From assembly GCA_051362555.1 (NCBI GenBank), contig CM120640.1:13454001-13518000 (forward strand): a DNA stretch of 64,000 nt, written 5' to 3'. The notes beneath the pieces were generated by a model, which was not told the DNA's origin, made no database searches, and worked only from the letters and a program-made list of their open reading frames with translations. Shown here piece after piece: positions 14,201-24,500 of the stretch. How positions within the stretch are numbered: the first letter of the stretch is position 1; each line of letters begins with the position of its first letter. This DNA comes from Lingula anatina (Eukaryota; Animalia; Brachiopoda). The translations under genes were made by a program, and so were the position numbers.

Positions 14201-16591
14201 TGAAATTGACCTTTGACCTACTTTTCATCATGAATTGAACTTTGCAGATTTTCTTTCCCTTTTATCTCCAAAACTGGCAGAGATAGGTCCATAGTTACTA
14301 TTGAACTTAAATAGGAAGTCATATACTGGCTATCTAAGTGTGACCTTTAAATTAACCTTTGACCTTCCTTTTACTATGAACTGAACTTAGCAAATTTTTG
14401 CTCACCTTTATCTTCAAAACTGACAGAGATAGGTCCATAGTTACTATTGAACTTGAATAGGAAGTAATACACTAGCAATCTGTGACCTTGAAATTGACCT
14501 TTGACCTACTTTTGCATGTTTTCTGGCCTTTAAATCTGCAAAATTGGCAAAGAAATGCCCATGGTTGCTATGGAACTTGAATAGAAATTCATATACTATG
14601 ATATTGAAATTGACCTTTGACCTACTTTTTCACCATGAACTTAGCTTTGCATATTTTCTTGCCTCTCATATCTTTAAAACTAGCAGAGATGTGCCCATGT
14701 TTCCCATAGGTTTTCTCTTTTGTCAGCATATATGCACCATTGACAACACATTTCAAGGAAAACCAATAGGCCTTTTGTCTAGAGAATACAGTAGTGATCA
14801 AAGGTAGGAAAATGCAAGTCAATTCGAAAATCTGCTTGATTGTACCATTTTTAGTTATATTTTTTTGCATATTTTGAGAACTCTTGTTGATTGCATCTTA
14901 TAGAGCTTGTCAAACACAAGACTGGTGATGGTGTCCCTTTTAGGAGGGGGGGGGCATACAAATGCGCTTACTCCAGCTGGTGGTACAATATCCGGAGGCG
15001 GTATCGCCTCTCTGATCCTCTAGTTAAGTATTGTTTAGCAGCTTTAGTAGGCATCCCAGACAGCTAAGCCACTTAAGCTGAAAGCAATTTAGTGAGAAAC
15101 CCCTTGGAGATGGACCAATCCTGTTAGATCAATCTAGGGATGGGAACCCAGTCTAACTGTGATCACCTTAGCCTTAGGCTTCATTCACATGCAATGTCTA
15201 TTTTCTAAATTCTATATTCTATTTTCGGTATGTCTTATGATCACGGTCTGTGCACTGAATATCCCGCGGCGTAATTACTGGCAGCGCGAGCCAGTTACTT
15301 ATAGTAACTTATAGTAACTGGCTCGCGCTGCCAGTAATTACGCCGCGGGATATTCAGTGCACAGACCGTGATCATAAGACATACCGAAAATAGAATTTAG
15401 AAAATAGACATTGCATGTGAACGAAGCCTTTATATGCATCAATTATATACAGGCCTTATAAGCAAAATAGTAGTTTGTTATGTCTAGCTTCGATTTGTGG
15501 TTTTCACATATTGCCAAAGTAACAACTCAAATGACAATTCATGGTGCAAATGTAGAACTAGTGGTTGGGAACACTGCAGTGTAAAAAACAAGAATGGTTT
15601 AACTGCTAACATACCATTTCAATATGTTGTGTATATCAAGAGTCATGTTGAAAATAGTTCACGGCTCATAAAAAGAACCTGTATGCAAACAAGGCTAACC
15701 AAATTGTTTGGGCTCTTTTATGTGATGCCCTTGCCTGTTACTTTTACATCACTGCCATGAATTCATGGTTTGAGTCTGTAATTTAGTGTTCATGATCACA
15801 AGGCTCGAGCTCACAATACAAGGCGATTATCTTTCTAGGGACTGATATGTAATTGTATTATTTCAGGGGCCAAGGCATGAGGATCAGGTACAGCATGTCC
15901 AGTGAAGTATCTATAAGACCAGTTACAAATTTTAATTGCAATATTTCAAGACCCAAGGCATGAGGATCAAGTTCATAATGCCCAGGGAAATATTTATGAG
16001 ACCAGTTACAAATTTTGATAAATTTCAGGACTCAAAGCTTGAGGATCAGCTGCAACATGCCTACCAGTAGAGAAGTATTAATGAGACCAGTAACATAATT
16101 TAATTGCATTATTTCAGGACCCAAGGCATGAGGATCAGCTACAGCATGCCCAGAGAAGTATTTATGAGACCTACTTCCCAGAACTCCTGGCTTCCTTCAC
16201 AGCTAATCTGGTAGCAGATGTGATGTTGTTCCCACTAGAAACCATGGTAAACCGGCTGTTCATGCAGGGCACCCGCACCATCATAGATAATACAGACAAT
16301 GGACTGGAGGTGGTACCCATCACCACTGCATATGATGGACTTTTTGACTGCTTTAAACATATTGTAAAGGAGGAGGGCTTTTTTGGATTCTACAAAGGGT
16401 TTGGTGCTCTCTGCTTGCAGTATATGCTGCATGCTACCATACTGAAATTGTCAAGCATTTTACTGGAGAACATTGCTGGCCACAGCCCAAATCGCCAACC
16501 CAAGCCCAGACCTGAGGACCCCAGCAGATACCAAGAGTTAGGGGCTGGCGAGGTGCCTGGGGCACAGAGGAGTGCCTCACCTAGGTACTGA
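5052..16591 (+). CDS. SLC25A46: Mitochondrial outer-membrane carrier-family protein SLC25A46 (Ugo1-like), 8 exons, ~414 aa
   Basis: Exons: 5052-5211, 6215-6315 ([34 protein letters not shown]), 7118-7195 (YHLTPFTL), 7417-7517 (LWKGIGS), 8545-8601, 9240-9297 (ASLVETVQ), 9688-9903 ([13 protein letters not shown]), 16118-16591 (YFPELLASF...[38 protein letters not shown]...[13 protein letters not shown]). 1245 nt, open frame, GT-AG introns. Confidence 0.96.
6532..6908. mobile_element. Decayed non-autonomous DNA transposon with TTAA target duplication (Kolobok-like)
   Basis: TTAA at 6528-6531 and 6909-6912; imperfect TIRs AGGTACATACGAA / TTTGTATGCATCT. Confidence 0.55.
8245..8291. repeat. (TG)n microsatellite
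   Basis: Direct reading. Confidence 0.95.
10225..10870 (+). mobile_element. Decayed LINE RT C-terminal fragment (Rex1/Babar-like)
   Basis: Reads KIASDTTLV (degenerate YADDT), [23 protein letters not shown] (from 10304) and [24 protein letters not shown], with stops and frameshifts. Confidence 0.8.
12181..15025 (+). mobile_element. Non-autonomous Helentron/Helitron-associated element (HINE/DINE-type) carrying a satellite array
   Basis: 5' subTIR GTACCACCAGC (12184-12194) with local IR GCTGGCGGTAC (12201-12211); GC-rich GGCTCC microsatellite (~12240-12276); central tandem array; 3' subTIR GCTGGTGGTAC (14976-14986); hairpin GAGGCG-gtat-CGCCTC (14995-15010); CTAGTT end. Confidence 0.8.
12811..14700 (+). 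repeat. Satellite array, ~13 copies of a 144-146-bp monomer
   Basis: TATCTCCAAAACTGGCAGAGATAGG-type starts at 12811, 12957, 13103, 13247, 13393, 13538, 13682, 13828, 13973, 14117, 14263, 14409, then degenerate copies at ~14532 and ~14669. Confidence 0.97.
15177..15428. mobile_element. Near-perfect ~250-bp palindromic MITE (PIF/Harbinger-like ends)
   Basis: GGCTTCATTCACATGCAATGTC... / ...GACATTGCATGTGAACGAAGCC; ~115-bp arms differ by one substitution and a short indel; TTA on the left flank, TTT on the right. Confidence 0.85.
15851..16171 (+). repeat. Four tandem ~80-90-bp copies of the intron 7/exon 8 junction of SLC25A46
   Basis: Unit AATTGCATTATTTCAG|GACCCAAGGCATGAGGATCAGCTACAGCATGCCCAGAGAAGTATTTATGAGACC; acceptor-equivalent positions end at 15866, ~15949, ~16028 and 16117. 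Confidence 0.92.
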
Positions 16592-17136
16592 GACAGACCT
16601 TCTGCAGGCTGGCGACCATCATAAAGAAATAATTCAAAGAATTCACACCTGTACCCTAGGAGGAATTAGTAAGGCATTTAACGATAGGTTCAAAGAACCT
16701 TATGAAAATAAGTCTCTTAAATACATGTGTATGGTTTGCATTATGTAAATATATGGAATTTATTCAGTGAAATTGTGTTTAAGTTAAGAAAGAGAGAGAT
16801 TTCATTGTTGCCTTTAAAAAACATTTGTTTTCAAATGCCATATGGTTGGTGTTATTTTTTTTTTTTATTTTTTTTTTTTTTGTTTCATGGAATTTGAATT
16901 CTTTTTAAGACACCATTAAAGCAAATATTGTAAAGAACTTATATGGATATTTATTACACCAATATTTTTTAATGTAACAGTTTTGTTTACTGATATGGTG
17001 CTGAGAAACTAAACATTCTATAAAACTCTATGTCACTAATAATTATACCACTAATTATTTACTAATTATGTGATATGGAGTAAAAATGTGTTGTTATATC
17101 TTACATGTAAAATACCATTTAAAATGTATTTCTATT

Positions 17137-17922
17137 AATAAACTATTTTGTTGTCATTTTAGGTAATTTTTTTAAGGCAATTTAGCTTCTTTTGCTCTAT
17201 ATGGCTAGGCACTAAGTATCTGAACCTATAGACGTCACCTGTGTCTGTTGTCCTTGACTAAAAAACCATTTAACTTATTATTCCCAAATTTACAGAATGA
17301 TTAAGGATCAAAATACAGCAGTTTTAAACCGGCCCTGCACTAGACTTTTTCTGAAATGTCCACTGTAACAGTCATATATAACTGAAATGTGGCTATGATT
17401 ATGCTTTTGGATATTATGTAATGTTGCATCAGAATTGATGTGCATTTTGTCTTCTTATTGCAATAGATGTAATATGTTATTTGTTATCCTTAAACTTACT
17501 ATAACAGTTTTTTTACAGGACTAAAATGCAATCTAGAGTAAACAATCATCCTGATTGGATTCCTTCTTTTAAGGTTAAGAGGTTTTCATAAATTGGCATT
17601 TTCTGAGTATTGGTTTAAAGTCATCTGGGCATGAAGCCCTGTGCCTGTTACACCTTCAAAATGGCAACTCAGTAGTGTAAAAATCAAAATTGGTCGTTCT
17701 TACAAATTATGCAGTATGTTTTATTGCATCTTAATTGACAAAAAAACATTTTGTGCACTGACATTGTTAAACCGTTTGTTGTCATTTTGGACTTAACGTT
17801 ACTGCTATTGTTTCCACAATCTTTAAGAATGAAAGTGCTATGGTTTTTTTTGTGCCTGTGATACTATTTATTGTATTTCACTTTTTTTTGACACTTCAGT
17901 AATATACCTGAATTTAAATAAA
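17137..17922 (+). terminator. Candidate alternative polyadenylation signals of SLC25A46
   Basis: AATAAA at 17137-17142 and 17917-17922, each followed by T/GT-rich sequence. Confidence 0.45.
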
Positions 17923-18317
17923 ACGAACAACATGTCGTTTCACCAGTGTTTTATCATTTTTTTTCCTTCTGTTTAGAGCTACCTGATTATCTTGAAATTG
18001 ATGATACCGTCAGAATTCCCACAAATTTGATTTATTGCCACCAACTAATCAGGTTTCTTTCAATGGCTTATGTTTAAAGGCACACAGATATTGATACTTG
18101 CCCATAGAATTGGATTTGAGATTACCTGCCAGCATCTATTTTTGTCGAAAAATGTGCCGGAGTGACAAAGTGAGGAACAATTAAGTTGTTTGATTATCAA
18201 AAAGTTCTTTGAATGCTTCGTGCAGTTATATTTTTCTATAGCGTGTAACGAGTTGCATTTGACAGAACAACACGAAATCTTTATGTGCAGTATCAGATGT
18301 CGTAAGGCCTGATTACA

Positions 18318-18350
<33 letters not shown>

Positions 18351-21279
18351 GGCGCACCAGATTACCGGTACTTGAGCTGCATCAGGCGAAGATAAACGTC
18401 GTATCAAATGGGCGTAACAGGGAACCGTTACCTTTTTCTAACACACCAGGGTGATAAGGTATTTGCTATGAAGGTTGAGATAACATTTTGAGATGAAAAC
18501 CCGATTTCTTTGAAGCTGTCAGCCGAGAAATTGATAACGCTTTGTGAAACCCATCAACTCGCGTGATATGGGCTCGTAAAAAGTAGCATAAAGGTCGTCC
18601 TGGGAGAATAATTGTTTCCCCGAGAAGATGGCATTTATATCAGTTATCTGTCTTTTCAGACTAAGGGTGGTAAATTTAGCAGTCATATTAAATTACTGTC
18701 TTAATCCTTTGTGGTTTTCAACAGAGCAGTGAAGGCATCAACTAACTTGAAATGAAGGACCGCATTCTGGAATAGATAATGATTTCTTTCTTTTTGTTTT
18801 ACATATGAATTAAGTATGTATTTTGCAGTTCCCATCCCAATATAGGCAGATGCTGGATCCGCTGAGGCTAATCTTATGTTAACAGCAGAAATAAGTAGGT
18901 TAACAAATTTACAGGTACAAGTAAGATATCAACCAGTTGGGATGTCATGCATAATTAAACTGTGGGTGCCTTAAGGTAGCAATTAATTGTGTAAGCAAAG
19001 AAAGCAGAAATATGGCATCGCTGCTAGTTTGAATGGAATTATAAATTGAAGAGGATTCAATTGGGAGGGGGTAGTGATCAGAGTTCACTGGAAACGAAAT
19101 CATCTATTCACAAATCACAGAATTCATATCTTACTGATAGTGCCAGTCGAAAATCCTGGAAATCTTGAATCGCCGGGTATGATTTCACCTTGGACATCAC
19201 GAAGGGCGAAGAATAAAAAGCTGCATTCACGAGTCATGGGAATGAGGTGTTTCGTGCTAAATTATATGTAAGTTTCACACATTTCAGGAAATAAAAAAGT
19301 TGCTTTCACGGCCAACGAAAATACCCAATGGGACCCTCATTTAAGTAATATTTTCTCCTTTTGTGATTAGTACCTTAGTCAATACTTAAAAAACTTAATC
19401 TCATAAGATAAATCATTTTTCTGTAAAACTTCTAAAATGCACTGATTGAAAATTATTAAGAGAGTGTTGTCATATAGTAATGAAAGTAAAATTCAATTAA
19501 AAATTGCACAAAGTATAACTTTTGGTTTATAATGATATTAAATTTTGGTCACTGTATTTTTATTAAATTTGTGAGTACATGAATATTTCAGTCTTTTTAT
19601 TCATTTAATTTTTAACGCAACTCATAATGTTACTGTTATCAGAAATTTTCAAAGTTATCAGTAATTGATCAGTTCATAAGTAGAGAAGGGAAGAAATATC
19701 TTTAATTGATAGTATATTTTGTCTTTATCAATATATTAAATAATTTATTGTGTGAAATGAACCCCTTTCAGGTTTTCTCTTCGAAATCAGTGTCTTTTAT
19801 TAAAAGATAAAGTTTAATTGGTTATTTGCTTAATTGGCAAATAATTGAAGTGGGTCATTATATAAGTGTGAAATGCATGCATGTTCATGTATGTCCATAT
19901 GTTGGTCTTAGAATCAATCTATCGCTGACAGGCCTCTCCGTTTTCTGAACCCAAGCTGTTTTCAGTATGGCGGAAGATACAAGAAACTGCACGTTGGAGC
20001 TGTCGGAAATTCCAAGACGGAAATGAGTGATATTTTCTCCTTTTTCTACTAATTAAACGAAAGAGTAAATTGAAAATCAATTCCACTATTGTTTCCATCA
20101 TCTAACAAATTTCTATATTTATCAATGGAAAAAATAAATAAGAAGCCTCAAAACATATAAAAATGATGTATTGCTATAATCTACTATCCATATCGCGTAA
20201 TTAATAGAAAGTAATGCGTTCTAGACAATCTCTGGCCGGCGCTGCACATTTGGAACGTACCGAACTTGTGATAACGGATTAACGGTTAGTGGTTTGTACT
20301 GACAAGATGTTACAACTTCTTGGTAGTGCGTAGCTCATAACCATTTATTTTACGTCCGTGCCATGATATCGCAGCGTGAGGCGTAAATTCGGCGTTCCTC
20401 ACAAATCCGAGGCTTGAATCGCAAACGTTTATTTATAAGCCCCGACTGCACAGGCTTGATACCTTCTACAGGGACCGAAGATAAACCACGGCGTTTGTCT
20501 CCAGCGCGAGAATCGTGCCATGAGCCAAAGCCATATCTGGGAATATCTAGTGAAAAAACCAATCTGTGAGTCCGGTAAAGGGTACAGGCTTCATTAAAGC
20601 CAATCATTATCGCGGGTGCACGCAAGTTCAGTGTCTGTTGCGTTCCTGGCGTCCACTGAGCAACCAAAGACATAAGCCTGCTATAAACACTTTGTATGTT
20701 ATTGATTTTGTCCCTGTATGTAAAAACTGGGTATAACTTCTATTTCTTAGTTTCATTCATTCTGTTCTTGCAAATAGTTATTGTTGGGATCTTCTTTCCA
20801 TAATAAAACAAATATGATAACAATAAAGTACTGCTGGGGTATGTAAGCTCTTCTGTTCTGTTCGAAATATCCACAGTGATAAAGACAAAGCCCAGTTTAG
20901 GATTATGATCGAACGAAAGAATCTCTCATTTTTCTGATGTAGGAATTTGATTGCTGTCTTTCAGAGCTCATCTAGCTGTTACAAAACTGTATACGTCTTA
21001 GTTCCACAAGTTTGTAACAGCTAGAAGATCTCTGTTTTCACAACGCATGTTGTCACGCTGTAACAAAATCGAAGATGCAACACGTCTAAAGTAGCAATAA
21101 CTGATTGAGGAAGACATTCATTTCATTAAAAAGAGTTTGAACGAAAGTCCACCTAATAAATGGTTTGGCGTTAATTCTACGTCTTTTACTACAGAGCTTT
21201 TGAGCCCCAAAAATGACATGGCTGTGTCTGTTTCGCCACTTACTGAACTAATTAGATTGACACTACTGCGAAAATCACG

Positions 21280-21575
21280 CGAGCCATGTGTATTTCGTGT
21301 TTTATAACATTGTCATTTAAAAGCATAAATTCCACAGTAAAAAAAAAACAAATGCGACTTGGCACAAGGCAATCTTGCATTTACGGGAGCCAGCAAGTTA
21401 CGAAATAAGCATGGTTATGTCAATTTCGTGTTTTATAAGATGCACAGTATATAAGACAAATGCAGCGCGGGCCTGGTCAATTTCGCATCTATGGGTCTCA
21501 GTGAATCACGAACAAGACATGGCCATGTGAATTTCGAGCTTTATAACATAGCCATATGAAGCTCAAAAATCCACG
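21280..21575 (+). repeat. Degenerate three-copy ~110-130-bp tandem repeat
   Basis: Core ATGTnnATTTCGwGyTTTATAAs recurs at ~21286, ~21417 and ~21526 with similar flanks. Confidence 0.6.
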
Positions 21576-24500
21576 ATCAATGTACATCAACACGATCAGT
21601 TTATCAACGTAATCAACTAACGACTTCTTTTCTGTCTTGTTTACCTGTCAAAAATGGCTTCTTTTGACATGCAAGAATATGGAACTTTCTCCACTAATTG
21701 GTTTTATTACGACACTGCGGCACTAATTATCCTGAATAATTAGAATAGATACATTTATATCGCAGGCTGGTATATCTTCAAGAACGTCCTCAGGGCATTA
21801 TTCAATGTGCTGCCATCCGTTTCCATCCCTGCATCTACCGAGATAGTCTGAATCTCCGCATTAGCGTAATTCGAGCGAGATTTTAAGGGGTTTTAGGGGA
21901 AGTGGGGTCAGAAATGCTGGCAAGCTACTGGTAGTGATCTACAAGCGAGTGTGGTGCAGCAACGGATAAAACCTGACAAAAATCTTTAACAGATATTTTT
22001 AGGGCTGTTTTCTCTTTTACGAGAAATTGCAATCTATGTCACAACAGGGTGAATTTTGTATATTTTGTGTGTCTCTTGCATATTGTTTTCTAAGACGACA
22101 TTCCCGGCGCATAAGTTTCACCTTCGCCGCATTTAAGTTCACCACACTTTACGTGGATTCTCGCATCTTATTTAGTGTAGAATGGCGGCAAACATCGACG
22201 GATGATTTCCATCACCAAAACTTACAAAAGTACAGATAATATCTGGTTAAAAAACATTTTCACAATAGCGGGATGGGTATCGAATGCAGGCCACCAAGAT
22301 CAGTTACGACGCCAGGCAACAACCCGAATTTGAAAATCACGATATGTACATGTTATGTACCCTAAAATGGTACCGCATAACCCAATCTCTAGGCGTCTGC
22401 CTCTTCTCGTAACACTCGACCATGCCTCATAACAAATTTTCGCAAACCTACATATATCTTGCCATCCATGTTTCAAAACATGAAAGCTTATGGCACCTTT
22501 TGGTCGTGAGTAATAGTTTAATGTGCAATAAGGCAAAACATTAGGTAGCTTAAATTTGATACAACTCTTCTAACGCGTGAATAAGGTCAAAGTAATGGTA
22601 AAATATCACCTCGCCTTGAAACGCTGCCTTGGACATGTAGCTGGCGGAAAGTGTAACCTAGTCGTAACTAGTCGTAACTGGTAGTTTGTTTGCAATAAAT
22701 TCCATTAATGCAACTGCTTTACTAATGATCTGCAGGGAATTCCCTCAATTAGTTAGCATAAGTTACTAATTTAAAAGTGAAGGTGAGAACTCTTAACTGT
22801 CTTTAGATTAAAATTGCAAATAGAAGGACACTTGTCTGGATGGAAATGTAATAGTAACAGGTGTACCAACCCTGTGACCAATAAGTTGCAGACGGTTTTT
22901 TTTAAATATGTAAAATACACATTAAAATGTGTTTTGTTTTATTACTTTAAATTTTTAAGATAAGTCTGTATACTAGTCACTTGTATGTTGATTAATTATG
23001 CCGATCCACTACCAATCGCAATAGGAATTAACGCTTCGCTGAGAATAGTAACCCTAAGATACAGAAAAAATTGAATTTAAAATTTAGCTTTCCTGCTTCA
23101 GTTACATAAACAGATTACATTGCAAGTTAATGAAGAGTTAGTTCAAACGACCTAGTACGACAGTTTGATTTTGAGCGCACCTAATGTTGAAACCAGAAAC
23201 ATCGGCAAGGTAATTAACATTTCAGTGTAAAGTGGACGAGTTCGACAACAAAAATAAAGGCTCAATTTTGCCAACAAATTGTACTTACAATTTTGGCAGA
23301 GGTTGACAAACATGTCATTTGCGGTAGATTTTAGTCGTCTATTAGACTAATGTTCAAAAAGAACGAAAGAACGCATTTACTTACAGTATATTTTATGAAT
23401 TTCTGATTAATATCTGCTGGCACCCGAGTTTGATTTTAATCAGACTTTAAAAAAAAACACCCATGATGACGGTAGCAGCTTGAATTACCGTAGTACAATC
23501 CTGCCAAACCCTTTCTGGAGACTGCCACTGCCTTTGTTTGTCTAGATTGTTCACCCAGATAGTGTAAGCACGCGACATGCTTTCATCTCAGTATGTTCCA
23601 CGGTGTATACTGACTGGAGTGCGTTGTGTACACGAGCACACGTGCTTTTAATTTCAAGCTGGGGCTCACATATAGATATTGCACCCCCATACCCCCCCCC
23701 CCCCATACCCACCCTCACCCCCCGTCTCCATCCATACGAAATTACTGGTAACTGTCACATGAACATATCCCTGCGTCAAACTCAGCCGGTGTAGACAAAT
23801 GCAGTCGTCAGCAGCAAGATTATAGGCTTACAAGTTGTGGTTTAGAATATACAAAACAGCGTTATTTAAGTACCGGGTCCATGCCCTGTCTCCTCACACC
23901 CACTTCCTTCCCTACACTTCCTAAGCATCTAACTTCCAATATGTTAAATCCAAAATAAAATAACTTATTAAACTCCTAATATTTGGTTAAAATTAAATTA
24001 TCATACCGCTCATTACTCAAGTTGTAATTTGATATAATAATTGTTGGACTACTTAAAACATAACCCGCACCAAAATTTGTTACCAACATGTACATGAAGG
24101 TCTGCAAGGTTGTTGCTCCGTGGGCCGGTCACCGTTCAAGTATACAAGTACATGTACAGTACTGGTACAAGTGGTTACTGGGCGATAATAAACTCGATGT
24201 TATTTTCGATAAATCAAGATGTTAGAATGGTCATAAAAAGCTAACATTGCAATGAAAAGTCATCGTATTGTAATGTTAATATTTAGTTTTGAAAAGATAA
24301 GCCTTAGAGGATATATTACTACCCATTTTAAGCGAAAAAAATCCTCTAGCACCCCATACAAAAATCATGGTCCAAAAATGCAGGAATGATGCATTTGTTA
24401 CTTACATAATACCAGTATATGTACATATATATCTATGACTTTATATACCGGCATTGGATCCAACATTGCAGGAGCGCATTTTCTTTTAAATGTTTATTTT

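Larger units (their letters stand above)
12061..15146. mobile_element. Older palindromic MITE split by the HINE insertion (arms 12061-12169 and 15039-15146)
   Basis: Left arm ...TCTCCAAGGGGATTCTCGCTTAATTGC...GCCTACTGAAGCTG matches the reverse complement of right arm CAGCTTTAGTAGGC...GCAATTTAGTGAGAAACCCCTTGGAGA. Confidence 0.75.

Noticed and set aside
12811-14700. Regular array as CRISPR or coding repeat
   Set aside because: No unique spacers and no cas genes; contiguous ~145-bp monomers inside a eukaryotic intron; ORFs 14544-14807 and 14622-14870 are by-products.
20350-20673. 107-aa - strand ORF
   Set aside because: No domain resemblance or splice context; probably chance in a GC-richer patch.
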